DNA of 64,000 nt. It comes from Eledone cirrhosa (lineage: Eukaryota). The stretch covers positions 145,576,001 through 145,640,000 of the forward strand of contig OZ024743.1 of assembly GCA_964016885.1 (NCBI GenBank), in the 5' to 3' direction. Of the stretch, positions 27,332-40,786 are shown piece after piece (the stretch's first letter is position 1; every line of letters starts with the position of its first letter). A model generated the notes under the pieces. The model did no database searches. It saw only the letters and a program-made list of their open reading frames with translations, and was not told the DNA's origin. Position numbers and translations under genes: made by a program.

Positions 27332-27700
27332 TGATGGCTGCCCCCTCGTTATCGAGTATGGCCATTGCACGATACACCATTATTTATTAATTAATTCTAT
27401 CGTGCAATGCCTGTGCTTGAAGATATTTTTTAAAGTGAGGAAAGACTGTGCACTGAGCCAATCCCACTCTCTGAGCGACAGTAGCTATAACCTGAAAAGA
27501 AGAAAAGATCAACATCATCGGTAACTACTGAGCCGCAGGTTTTATATCGGAGTTATCCCAGTTTCCTGAGTTGCCTTCTCCTAGAAGAATGCCCTGACAA
27601 AAGCTAGGGGTCCTTCACTCCCAGTGGTTTAACCGCGCGGTAGATGTATATATACATATTTACACACTTTCGGATGGCCGTTGACTCTTATGAGTTCTTC
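27332..27700 (-). mobile_element. diverged relative of the (ATGT)n-tailed retroposon
   Basis: ATGGCTGCCCCCTCGTTATCGAGTATGGCCA, GCAATGCCTGTG and GGATGGCCGTTGACTCTTA blocks are shared. Confidence 0.65.
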
Positions 27701-28292
27701 CACACACACACACACATACATACATACATACATACATACATACATACATACATACATACATACATACATACATACATACATACATACATACAAACATGGC
27801 AAAAATAATCTACACAATTATATCTAATTTCGAAAATCAGAATAAACGACTAAAGAGTATATTACTCGAAAGATCCATTAATATTAATTTATAACAAAAT
27901 AAAATGTGCTAACAAGATAGACATTCATGAATTACGAAAAACAAGAAACACTTCTGACCCTCCCAATACTTTACCTTATATATCAATACACAACACAAGA
28001 AATACAGTAGCATATAATATCCACCAGAATATTGAATTATTGATGGAAGACCCAAGAGTGAAAAAAGCACTCGAAATACACAAAATAAATAAAATTAAAG
28101 TATAACCAAAGTCCTCTAAAATTACTTACCAGAGCCAAATTTCGCACTAAAAATACAACCCCAACTGTTCTAACTGCAGATTCTGCATTAATCTTATTGC
28201 ATGTTCACCATATGAATTTAAAGCAGGACAAGCATTTGTCATTGAAAGAGGCATTTCAACTTTGTATCAATTTGCATTAATTTAAGTTATTA

Positions 28293-28450
28293 CAGACCTG
28301 CCAATCCCCAAAAGACGGGGAGAAATGAGGCAAAATGAGGGAGATTTTACATAACGAAAGCTATACCCATTTTCACAAGAAAAGACATCTCTCACCCACC
28401 CCAAAGTGGGTGGGAGATCTCCCCGTCGGCGGGGAGAGTTGACAAGTATG
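28293..28450. mobile_element. 6-bp-TSD MITE copy
   Basis: CAGACCTGCCAA...TTGACAAGTATG; TSD TTATTA. Confidence 0.82.
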
Positions 28451-28949
28451 TTATTAAATAATATCGGTTGAATGAAAGGTAAAGTTGATCCCAAAAGTAA
28501 GAAGGTAAAAGGAAAAGAAATAAATACTAAAATGGATGTAGTCTGGCTTCTTGAATCGTCGATATATTAACAGAATAACATTTCGCTATTCATACAGACT
28601 CATATAAATACAAACACTCGCACTTATACACACTTATATCCTATAAAAAAAAAAAAAAGAAAGAGAGCTTCTGTGTTGTAGTTGTTTGACATGTTGGAAT
28701 TAACAGCCAAATCTCCCTCAAATCACACCTCAAAAATGGAAGAACGCTTCATATTATGTAGACTCAGCCCCACAGCTGAAAACAAAAAGTCAGAGTGGCT
28801 TTTCATCATAACTTTGCTCAATGAGAGTTGACCTAGGACTAAAGAACAGCATCAATGATTTCATGTACATGCGCGCGCATCACAACCACGCACCAGGCTT
28901 CTTCGTATTCTTTTATATGTGTAATACGGCTGATGCTGTGTGTTAACCT

Positions 28950-29090
28950 CTGGAGTTGTGTGGCCATGACCTTTACTTTCTAAAATTGTCTGACCATGGT
29001 CTTAAATTTCTGGTGTTGTCTGAACATGGTCTTAATTTTCTAATATTGTCTGACCATGATCTGACTTTCTGGTGTTGTTTTATCATGGAC
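28950..29090. repeat. 30-bp minisatellite, about 4.5 diverged units
   Basis: TTGTCTGACCATGGTCTTAA(A/T)TTTCT-like unit every 30 bp. Confidence 0.75.
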
Positions 29091-29661
29091 TTATCATTCG
29101 ATAAAAACAAAACAAAGTCAATACTTACAATAATGTCTAACTAGTTAAATTAAGAAACAACGAATATGAGCTCAATATTCATGTCTGGTAATCCAATATC
29201 TTATCCACCCAACTATTGCATGTTTCTATAGGATATGGAATTATACACATCAATATAATATTACATTCACTTTCGTCGTTGGGAAATGTTTAGCATTCCA
29301 GACTTTGGCGAGGCTTGTTTCTCTCTCTACAGTCCGTCACACTGGTATTTCTCATATTTATTTCACTCTAATTACATTGTTAAGTTTGGGTTAACAGAGT
29401 TAATGCAGGAGACATTATAAGCTAAGCAGAAAAGATTGTGTGGTTGGGAAAAAAAACAATACTAGGCAATGATTAATGTTATTTTTTATTATTTCGGCAA
29501 ATACGAGTGACAACTTTGGTTGTTTTGAATTTGTTCAAGAGCACAGTATAGATTTCAATCTATTTGCCGAAGTATTGATAGAAGAACTATAAGTAAATAC
29601 TTACGAATGTACATACATACATGCATACATACATACACACACACTCAGACACACACACTGA

Positions 29662-29755
<94 letters not shown>

Positions 29756-29839
29756 GAAAAATTGAACAGGGACAGAACAGAGAGGCAGTACAATAAATGT
29801 TTATTAAATTCACGCTCAGGAGAGTGGGGGTAGGTGGGG

Positions 29840-29875
29840 GACGACGTTTCGGGCATAAGCCCTTCTTCAGGTGAG
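29840..29875 (-). ncRNA. hammerhead-like core with unpaired stem I (probably inactive)
   Basis: minus strand CTGAAGA-aGGGCttatGCCC-GAAA-CGTCG-TC; the flanks do not pair directly. Confidence 0.55.
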
Positions 29876-30673
29876 AAGTGTGTGGGAACAGAGTTCAAAA
29901 GGTGTGTAGGGGAGTGGTGGAGAGACATATAGCGAAAGGAAACGGTGCGAATGAAAAATTAACAAATATATATATATATACATTGGATGGTTAATGCACT
30001 ACAAAACAATTAAACTCATATTTATTGAAAACTGAAATTTCAATAATACTACTCTGAACATCACCTTTCACATCGTCAAATATTAGTGAAAATTGCTAAT
30101 GAATATCTAAACACATATACACATACATATATATAGATCAATGCCTATGAGATTAATGCCAAACCTAAGTATCTGCAGCTCAATATCTGCGAGAATGGAA
30201 CTAAGATTCTGGTCCATCCAAATGCTTGCAAAAGAATAAACACTGCAAGAGTCAATCAAAGATTAAGTGAGGGTAGTAAAGCGGTGTCTTGGATATGCAG
30301 CAGAAAAAGTAGTAACAAGACACAAAACCTGGATTTATCGACTCAACTGGGTTGTTGATTCAAAAAAGGGCCTCTAAGAGGTGATTTGATATGCTAGAAA
30401 TAGCAATCAGATCTCCCGAAAACAATACCTTAAAAACAATGTAGTTCTACATACCTCAAAAAAAGCAGGGTGATCACGGCTGCATTAACTTTGATCATCG
30501 ATCTACTAAATCAGGATAGAACTGGAGCTAAACAACAACAGCAACAACTTGCTTGTTGTGAATGCGTAAATCCTGCCAAAATCATCTGCAATATAGATAA
30601 AGGTTTCATAAAGTTTAGCATGATGGAAAATTGTAAATGGATCGCTCTCTCTCTCTCTCTCACTCTCTCTCTG

Positions 30674-30709
<36 letters not shown>

Positions 30710-31012
30710 CTAACTTTTAAATTCCATCTGTGATAACATTTTACACGTTTTTATTGTATGTAAACTTCCCCCCTTTGTATTTGTCCCCTTCTTTTGTGCC
30801 CCTGTGGCTAATAAAGAAATATAAAAAAAAAAAAAATATATCTATCTATCCATCTATTTATTTAACTATCTCTATCTCTATATGTGAGGTGGTGGATGTG
30901 TGTACGTGTGTGTGTGTTCAGCGTTAAGAGGTACACTACAATATAACTGATTCGTGTGCACTCACAAAGTAATTCACAAACAGTAAGTACACCCACACAA
31001 ACATATAAATAC

Positions 31013-31089
31013 CAGGGTGTCCCAAAAAATGTATACACACTTCAATAGCATTCTAATCAAAGTGTGTAGACATTTTGGGGGACACCCTG
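31013..31089. mobile_element. Tc1/mariner-type MITE
   Basis: CAGGGTGTCCCAAAAAATGT...ACATTTTGGGGGACACCCTG terminal inverted repeats next to TA. Confidence 0.75.
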
Positions 31090-31230
31090 TATATACATAT
31101 ATTTGAAAATTGAATTAGAAGCTTTTTTTTTACTACAGAAAATAGTCGATATTTTAGTAAAAAAAAAAAACAATACCGCGAAAAAAGGTTCTAATTCAAT
31201 TTTCAAATTTCACTCACCGTCTTCTAAACA

Positions 31231-31268
<38 letters not shown>

Positions 31269-31270
31269 TG

Positions 31271-31311
<41 letters not shown>

Positions 31312-31365
31312 ACACACACACACACACATACTCGCACGTACGTACCTTTGTATGTATGTACGTAT

Positions 31366-31445
31366 ATGAACTGAGGAGAGTCAACGGCCATCCAATAAAG
31401 ATTTCTTTTTCTGTGTGTGTGGAGCGAGAGACTCCTAGTCTTCAT
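31366..31445 (+). pseudogene. hammerhead ribozyme lacking the GAAA core segment
   Basis: ATGAA-CTGAGGA-GAGTC...GACTC-[no GAAA]-CTAG-TC-TTCAT. Confidence 0.6.
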
Positions 31446-31479
31446 TAAGACTTCCCTCTAGGAGAAGGTTACTCTGATA

Positions 31480-32196
31480 TAAACATCGTGTATGACGTTT
31501 GAACATTCGAAATTACGAGGCACTGAGGAAATAAATTTATTGATGTAAGATGCTCAAAAGCAGAAAGTAGCTGCAATTACAGTTAGTTGCTATAAAATAG
31601 CTTATAATAATCGGGTAAAGACTCCTTAGAGACAGAAAAAGATGCTGTTAGTGACTGCTACTGAGAATTGAACTCCATATTTCTCAGTTATCAGCTGCGT
31701 ACTCTCACCATTTAGCTAAGGGACTTCTTACTACATCCTACTGTTTAAATTGAGGAATCAAACAGATTTTGTGTGAAACGCGAACTTTCGAACTTACGAA
31801 GGGCCGAGGAAATAAATCTATAAAAGATATAAGATGCTCAAGCGCAGAAAATAACTGTAAATACAGTTGCTATAAAATAGCTCTCGGCTGACGGTAATTT
31901 CCTCAGTGCTTCGTAAATCCAAATGTTCAAGTTCCACACACGATGTTTATTTACATTTTCAAAAGCTGTTTGATTCAGCTCCTTAATTTAAATACTAGGG
32001 TGTTTTAAGAAGTCCCTTAGTTCGATGGTGAGAATACTCAGTTGGTATCTTAAAAATACGGAGTTCGATTCTTCGTAGCGACCGCTATCAACATCGTTTT
32101 CCGTCTCTAGGGGTGTTTACCAGATTTTTATAAGCTATTTTAGAGAAGCTGACTGTAACCACAGTTATTTTCTGCGCTTAAGCATCCTACATCTTC

Positions 32197-32200
<4 letters not shown>
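31480..32200. repeat. old ~290-bp repeat with an internal tRNA-like module, in tandem then inverted arrangement
   Basis: tRNA-like units at 31652-31725(-) and 32011-32084(+); related inverted pair at ~52995-53280. Confidence 0.65.
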
Positions 32201-32271
<71 letters not shown>

Positions 32272-32273
32272 TT

Positions 32274-32327
<54 letters not shown>

Positions 32328-32493
32328 TTACACACATATATATATATATATATATATACATACATCTATATATATATATTTATATATATATATATATATA
32401 CATATATACACATATACACATATATATATATATATACACACACACATACATATATATACATATACACACACACACACACATATATATACATAT

Positions 32494-32563
<70 letters not shown>

Positions 32564-32709
32564 CACGTAGATAGATAGATGAGTGCGTAGGCAGGGATAA
32601 CGCATTAATCAATAAAACTCTAGCAGGTTACCCTCGAGTTATCGACATTTGTGAGTCTTCTAAAAGGTTCTTGTTTTTCAGAAAAGAATAGCCGAAGACT
32701 TTAAATATC

Positions 32710-32824
<115 letters not shown>

Positions 32825-32997
32825 CTACCAATATTAATGCGTGGCTGTCTCGGTGACTGTCAGTATGTGTCGTATTATCATTCTAATTTAGTTTATATGT
32901 AGAGGTGAAATTGAAAGTGAAACAAACACTTCAATACGTTCAATACTTGATGAAACGGGGGGGAAGTTATTATTTCGAGATGATAAGGTAAACTGCT

Positions 32998-33060
<63 letters not shown>

Positions 33061-33120
33061 ACGTGTGTTGAAACCGAAATTGTTATATATATCTATATAT
33101 CTATTTACACACGCACACAC

Positions 33121-33247
<127 letters not shown>

Positions 33248-33426
33248 AAAAGAGTCAGGACCCCAACGGGTGAGCTCCGGCGTTTCGACAGCTAGATCCG
33301 AACTCTTCCTATTACCCACTCTACTACCCTAAATATTGAGTACTCTGGTATATTTCGTCACTATATATATATATATATACTAACCTAAATATTGAGTACT
33401 CTGGTGCGTTGTTATATATATATATG

Positions 33427-33579
<153 letters not shown>

Positions 33580-33620
33580 CGAAACATAAGTCAATTGCAT
33601 GAACTCATAACCCTTTATTT

Positions 33621-33676
33621 ACTGCTATATATATTTCGATGATAGCCATTGAATGGCTATGACCTCATCAGGCAGT
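33621..33676 (-). ncRNA. type I hammerhead ribozyme, family C
   Basis: minus strand ACTGC-CTGATGA-GGTcATAGCCAT tca ATGGCTATcATC-GAAA-TATATA-TA-GCAGT. Confidence 0.9.
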
Positions 33677-33739
33677 TAGTCAGTTCTTAGATATGCCAGC
33701 TCTGTGTTTATAGTGTTGATGGTATCAGAGCCTTGGGAC

Positions 33740-33773
<34 letters not shown>

Positions 33774-33775
33774 AT

Positions 33776-34152
<377 letters not shown>

Positions 34153-34554
34153 TTCGTTTCTGAATTTGTTTAGAAAAGATTCTTTATCTGAAAACGTGTG
34201 TTGAAACCGAAATTGTTATACTTTGGTGCGTGTGTTTCTTATTGGCAACATGACCCTCCCAAAGTATAACAATATATATATATTACTCCCCCAAATGGCT
34301 TACTAAATACACAAGTGATTTCCTCCTGTAAAAAGAATGTTTTTCCGTTTCTTTGTATTATTCTACCTTCCGATGAGGATAGTCCCAAGTGTTAGGACTC
34401 TTTACTTACTATATCAAGCGGCGAACTAATATATATGTATATCATTTTCTTTTATTGTGCTCTCGTTTTTTTTTTTCTTTGTTGAATTTTCGCATATTAT
34501 ATATGTATATATCTAGACAAAAATACATAGCCTCTATAATTTTCGGCAGAGGTC

Positions 34555-34616
34555 GGGGAGTACGTTGCTCTGAGGAACACCAACAGTGTGAAACAGAATC
34601 TGTCAGCTTCTCTCCC
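34555..34616 (+). ncRNA. type I hammerhead ribozyme, family N
   Basis: GGGGAG.tacgtt.GCT-CTGAGGA-ACACcaacaGTGT-GAAA-CAGAaTCTG-TC-AGC.tt.CTCTCCC. Confidence 0.88.
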
Positions 34617-35048
34617 TTCCTTTGCCGAAAAAAGAAGTAAGTAGTCACTACTTTAAAATGATAGCGCAAGGTCTTCAAAATGTTTATATTACCAAATACA
34701 CTATACATACATTCATATATATATATATATGTGTATATATATATATAATGTATAATAAACAATACAATATAATTACCTCATTACCAGAGGTTTCCCGAAT
34801 AAGACGAATACGAAAAGCGTCCTCATTCGTTCGTCGGACAAGGCAATTACAAGGCAATATATATATATAATCACTGCCTCCTCGATGTCACGTGATTGAT
34901 TCTTTTTGAATTTGCCACGGACATGGAGGCAGTGATTTTCTCAATGGCTTGGAATCCAGTCCACGCTTCGCTATTTCCATTCCACTGAATTATTTTTTTA
35001 ATAAGTTTCCAGTGTCTTCGCTATGCCTGGAGACCTATACGGAAAAAG

Positions 35049-35131
35049 ACTTTCCTGATGACGGAATGATTTTCCATATGATTCTTCGGAAAATATATTT
35101 ACTCCATTCCAGAAACAAATTAGTTGGAAGT
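35049..35131 (+). ncRNA. type I hammerhead ribozyme, family F (enlarged domain II)
   Basis: ACTTTC-CTGATGA-cGGAATG[ATTTTCC..GGAAAAT]CATTCCa-GAAA-CAAATTAG-TT-GGAAGT; one T>A change in stem III. Confidence 0.8.
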
Positions 35132-35573
35132 GATTTTTTAGTAAGTAAGTTAATTTTATAATTTTCTTATTTTACGTCTCTCATATTATTGTTCTGCAAC
35201 CCCATGCATTGAACCACATTGTTAATAAGACAAAACCTATATATTTGCTAGCATTGATATGCATCTGTGTGTATATAAATGTTACTAGATATAAATTCCT
35301 TATAATTATCTCCAATTCATTTGTCGAGCAATATTTGGCCATGACTGCTACTATGGTAGTAAGCTGGCCGCTGTCTTAATAACCACTCGCTTTCCACTGA
35401 TTGACCTCGATGTCACGTGATTGATTCTTTTTGAATTTGCCACGGACGTGGAGGCAGTGATTTTCTCAATGGCTTGGAATCCAGTCCACGCTTCGCTATT
35501 TCCATTCCACTGAATTATTTTTTTAATAAGTTTCCAGTGTCCTCGCTATGCCTGGAGACCTATACGGAAAAAG

Positions 35574-35656
35574 ACTTTCCTGATGACGGAATGATTTTCC
35601 ATATGATTCTTCGGAAAATATATTTACTCCATTCCAGAAACTAATTAGTTGGAAGT
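35574..35656 (+). ncRNA. type I hammerhead ribozyme, family F
   Basis: as above with intact palindromic stem III CTAATTAG. Confidence 0.87.
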
Positions 35657-36098
35657 GATTTTTTAGTAAGTAAGTTAATTTTATAATTTTCTTATTTTAC
35701 GTCTCTCATATTATTGTTCTGCAACCCCATGCATTGAACCACATTGTTAATAAGACAAAACCTATATATTTGCTAGCATTGATATGCATTTGTGTGTATA
35801 TAAATGTTACTAGATATAAATTCCTTATAATTATCTCCAATTCATTTGTCGAGCAATATTTGGCCATGACTGCTACTATGGTAGTAAGCTGGCCGCTGTC
35901 TTAATAACCACTCGCTTTCCACTGATTGACCTCGATGTCACGTGATTGATTCTTTTTGAATTTGCCACGGACGTGGAGGCAGTGATTTTCTCAATGGCTT
36001 GGAATCCAGTCCACGCTTCGCTATTTCCATTCCACTGAATTATTTTTTTAATAAGTTTCCAGTGTCCTCGCTATGCCTGGAGACCTATACGGAAAAAG

Positions 36099-36181
36099 AC
36101 TTTCCTGATGACGGAATGATTTTCCATATGATTCTTCGGAAAATATATTTACTCCATTCCAGAAACTAATTAGTTGGAAGT
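36099..36181 (+). ncRNA. type I hammerhead ribozyme, family F
   Basis: same as 35574-35656. Confidence 0.87.
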
Positions 36182-36347
36182 GATTTTTTAGTAAGTAAGT
36201 TAATTTTATAATTTTCTTATTTTACGTCTCTCATATTATTGTTCTGCAACCCCATGCATTGAACCACATTGTTAATAAGACAAAACCTATATATTTGCTA
36301 GCATTGATATGCATCTGTGTGTATATAAATGTTACTAGATATAAATT

Positions 36348-36415
<68 letters not shown>

Positions 36416-36454
36416 ATGTGTTATAAATATATGTGTGCGTGCTGTGTGTGTGTG

Positions 36455-36455
<1 letters not shown>

Positions 36456-36513
<58 letters not shown>

Positions 36514-37525
36514 GTTTAACGTCCATCTTCCACGCTAGCATGAGTTTGGACAGGAATTTTCCCACTTGAGGCAAGATTGGTTGTCTTGCTCGTATAGGAC
36601 TTTCTGGCGGGTTTTCTACGGCTGGATGCCCTTCCTAACACCAACCACGTTTACAGTGTGGACTGGGAGGTTTTTACCGTGCTACCTACACGGCCACCTT
36701 ACAGCGTGGACTGTGTGTTTTTTTTTTTGTCGTGACACCTACACAACCTCATTTATTTTGGACTGGATGTTGTGGTACCAACATAACTTTACATTGGAAG
36801 GGGTGGTGTGGATGGGGTGGGGGTAGTGGGACGGGGGTGTATTTTTGTTAGAGGTGCCCACTGACTGTAGGTTTCGCTTTGTACTTAGGCAAGGCGGGTC
36901 TTCTGTATTACTGTGTAGCGCCAAAGATCTCGGTCCAGTGACATTGTCTTGGAGAGGTGTAAGTGTGTGAGGTCGGAATTTATCAAGTCATCCCAGGTTT
37001 TTCTGGGTCTGCCTACTCCGTGGCTACCGTCTATTTTTATCGCCCTGCACTTTTTTATACAGCTGACGTCTTTCATGCGCATCACGTAACCATACCAACG
37101 TAGTCTTCTCTCGAGTAAACAGCATCTGATCCCTCTTATTCCTAATTTCTCCCTTAGTTCGTTTATGCTTTGCCCTTCACGTATATTACTATTACACATC
37201 CAGCGGAGCATGCAAGCTTCGTTCCTCTCCAGTCTGCGTATATCCTCTGCACACAATGCCCAGGTCTCACTGCCATGTAACATCGCTGTTCGTATGCAGG
37301 CATCATACAATCTGCCTCTCATTTTTAGAGAGAACCCTTTAGCGGCCAATAGTGGTATAAGCTCTCTGAACTTTTTCCATCTCATTCGGACTCTAGCTAC
37401 AGTACTTTCAGAGCACCCTCCACCACTGCTGATTTTGTCACCCAGGTAACGGAAGGTGTGCACTATTTCTATAGAACCATCTGTGCAATGGAATGAGCTA
37501 GTATTCTGTGGGCACTTGCTGCTAC
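36456..37525 (-). mobile_element. 5'-truncated RTE-clade LINE with (GAT)n tail
   Basis: ORF 36885-37604: FRYLG, ARVR..WKKF, LHGSETW, LRWYGYVMRM, GRPRKTW; 3' end GGACGTTAAAC(GAT)n; second 3' fragment at 48369-48520. Confidence 0.9.
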
Positions 37526-37738
37526 TTATTGGGTGTGTGTGTATATAATCATGCTTATATACATATATGTACGTTCGTATGTATTCACATACATCCACAC
37601 TCAATTTATTAGCATGAATCCAATGAAGCTACCCACCTGGTTGCGTGTCACTTGAATCAACTATTAATTAATCTATTGCTTTGTCACAAGTTACAACTAG
37701 TCTAGCTGTTTTAACAACAATAACTAATCTATCATTGG

Positions 37739-37795
<57 letters not shown>

Positions 37796-38394
37796 GGGTC
37801 ACTTCAACCCAACGAGAGAGAGCTATTTCATTGTCTCTCAAAGTTTTAGAAACACTAGTTAAACCTAACTCAAACTTCACCTTGCCATCCTAGAAATATA
37901 TATATATGTACTGGTGTGCACGGTGTTATAATATGTCTGGAAAGTAAACAAGATAATCAAGCCTTTAATGCATTTAAAACGATGGAATAGTTGTCACGGA
38001 GAAACAGAAGAAACAGAGAATGCGACGATTCTGTTAGAACCTGACACTAAAATGGTTGGAAATGTAAAAGCATCCCAGCAAAATATTCATAATATACAAA
38101 ACCTCAACTTATAAACCCAGAAACTGACATACACAGATCCGACATTTATTCGACTAACAAGGAAGACCAGTAACATCGTCATTATATCTCGCCATGTCCA
38201 CCCCTCCACACATATTACGACCAACATACGAAAACCTAAAGTAAAATACACTACAATAAATAAAACAGAAAACATTAAATATAATACAGCAAATTTAAAT
38301 ATACTGTTATGTTACATTAACGGCCTAAAAAACACCGTTATTAATTTAATTAAAGTTCATTATCACATTGCCTCAATACAAAAAAGAATACTAT

Positions 38395-38586
38395 TAGACC
38401 TTCCAAACTCTAAAAACTCAAACGGGGAGTACCATAAAAAGTGCCCCAAAACGCGAAGAAATTATGCAAAATGGGGATATTTTACATTATGAAAGCTATA
38501 CACATTTTCACAAGAGAAGACATCTTTCACCCACCCCGAAGTGGGTGGGAGAACTTCCCGTCGGACGGGGAGAGTTGACAGGTCTG
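38395..38586. mobile_element. 6-bp-TSD MITE copy
   Basis: AGACCTTCCAA...GTTGACAGGTCTG; imperfect TSD ACTATT/GCTATT. Confidence 0.78.
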
Positions 38587-38775
38587 GCTATTAACTTAGA
38601 ATACGAAACCTCCAATTCCAACACTTTAGGACTACACTAATATGTATATGTACAAATGTGTGGATTAATGAATGGGTGGCAAATATCCATATCAGAGATG
38701 TACAGACCATATAACTTACAAAAGATCAGTACATAGCATCCAATATATAGATATCACAAACGACTTTCGAAAAAT

Positions 38776-38954
38776 AATAATTGTTTCTACTTTTGGCACA
38801 AGGCCAGCAATTACCCAGTGTATTACTGGTACTTTATTTTATCGACCCCATAAGGATGAAAGGCAAAGTTAACCTCGGCGGGATTTGAACTCAGAATGGC
38901 AAGGGCCGTAACTCTATGCGTCACAGCAAGGCGTCCGACCCTCTACCGATACTG
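38776..38954 (-). mobile_element. tRNA-derived SINE
   Basis: near-identical to 13149-13336. Confidence 0.88.
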
Positions 38955-39221
38955 AATGAATGACAACTCATGAGAAATACAAGAATTCAAAACATAAACA
39001 AGCAACGTGATACACATTAGGATAATAAACATATACATACCACTGCGTACCTCACCAACCAATCTATCAAATTACCCAGCTTCAACACTCAACATAATAA
39101 TACCGCACACGCAGAAGAGAAGTTATAAGCAACACCTCCACAATATTCATAGTACACGTGGAAGAAATAGCAAAGCATACAAAATGGCACGTAAACACAC
39201 TTAAAGTACTCACAGATACCA

Positions 39222-39331
39222 CATTCAGCCAACAGAAAGAGACAACAATGTTATACAAATGTAGTATATCCATCATAATTTAGGCCAATACTTTTAAAAA
39301 ACATTGATTCATAACAAACAACAAACAGTGC

Positions 39332-39426
<95 letters not shown>

Positions 39427-39487
39427 AACTGTATCCCTTCATGTTGAGGTAGTGTTTCATTTTTCATGTTTTTGTTTCACTGTATAG

Positions 39488-39548
<61 letters not shown>

Positions 39549-39657
39549 GCACTGTTTGTTGTTTGTTATGAATCATTGTTTTTTAAAAGTATTGGCCTAA
39601 ATTATGATGGATATACTACATTTGTATAACATTGTTGTCTCTTTCTGTTGGCTGAAT
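39222..39657. repeat. inverted duplication (~115-bp arms) around (TA)n tracts
   Basis: CATTCAGCCAACAG...AGTGCATTTA versus TAAATGCACT...CTGTTGGCTGAATG. Confidence 0.9.
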
Positions 39658-39789
39658 GTTTGACCTGTGCGTAATTCTTTTCTTTCGCACGCTTGGTCAG
39701 GCTGGTTCGCCTTTTTTCTCTCTCTCGTCTACGATTTCACAGAACTTATGTTCACCGAATTCACGGACTGGACTCCTTCTTCCTCCCGT

Positions 39790-40084
39790 TAGACCTGTAC
39801 GGAATTCCTTCCTTGCTCACATTCCAACCAGGTTTGATGGTCTGTATTCTCTCTCGTTCACGATTTCACCGAACTTATATTCATGGAAATTTGGGACTTG
39901 ACTCGTTCTTCCTCACTTTTCGTTGCTTCACCATCTTTGTTTGTTTGCACTCTCGCTGTCCCCTTTATTTACGTGTCCCAACGACTTTTTTTAGCCGTTG
40001 CTCGCACCAACCGGAGGTATATGGTCTTTAAAGCGATGAAATACCAATGATGGTTGGAAGATCACTGATGAAGAACTAACTTTA

Positions 40085-40090
<6 letters not shown>
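39790..40090 (+). repeat. dispersed (TA)n-bounded repeat, paralogous to 48655-48945
   Basis: AGACCTGT..AATTCCTTCCTTGCTCACATT...CACTGATGAAG shared. Confidence 0.75.
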
Positions 40091-40147
<57 letters not shown>

Positions 40148-40600
40148 ATAATGTATCACCTATACAGTAAAACAAAAATATGAAAAATGAAACACTACCA
40201 TAACATGCAAGTTTGTTGTTGCAACAAGCTTCATCCCTCACACCCCTTCCAAACAGTCAGACACATTATAGAAAACCCCAGAACACTACTACAATACCAT
40301 CTTTAAAAAAAGTATGTTACTACTTAACCTAGCTAAACATTTAAAAAAAAACGCATTCAAAGCTGCATTCAAAGTTGACCCGAAACACTATACTAGGATA
40401 GATACAATCAATAGTAAGTGCAGAATACCAACAACTGTCCCTCACAGTTTCCAGTTTGGACTACACGTAGTCGGTCATGCTACTTTTCAGAATTGCACGC
40501 TACTTAATTTTCAATTAGAGCTACTTGCTACTTTTGAGGCTACTTAAAAATATTTTAGGCCTACAACCCACAACTTTTCTATTTTATCCAGAAAGGTATA

Positions 40601-40786
40601 TTAATTGTTTCTACTTTTGGCACAAGGCCAGCAATTATCCCAGTGCATTACTGGTACTTTATTTTATCGATCCCGTAGGGATGAAAGGTAAAATTAACCT
40701 TGGCGGGATTTGAACTCAGATCATAAACGGCCGTAACTCTTTGCTGCAAAGCATGGCGTCCGACCCTCTACCGATACTGCCAATCC
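40601..40786 (-). mobile_element. tRNA-derived SINE
   Basis: matches the family. Confidence 0.85.

Larger units (their letters stand above)
34880..36352 (+). repeat. 525-bp tandem array (about 2.8 units) with a hammerhead ribozyme per unit; retrozyme-like
   Basis: CCTCGATGTCACGTG at 34880, 35405, 35930; only a few substitutions; (TA)n flanks. Confidence 0.95.
38290..39240 (+). pseudogene. highly decayed AP-endonuclease region of a LINE, interrupted by a MITE and a SINE
   Basis: manual translation gives LNILLCYINGLKN...HIASIQ, then IRIINIYIP, then DTTFS, in the order of APE motifs. Confidence 0.45.

Noticed and set aside
27830-28200. A-rich stretch with KKALEIHK resembling a GIY-YIG C-terminus of a Penelope-like element
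   Set aside because: One short motif in stop-ridden sequence; needs a translated search
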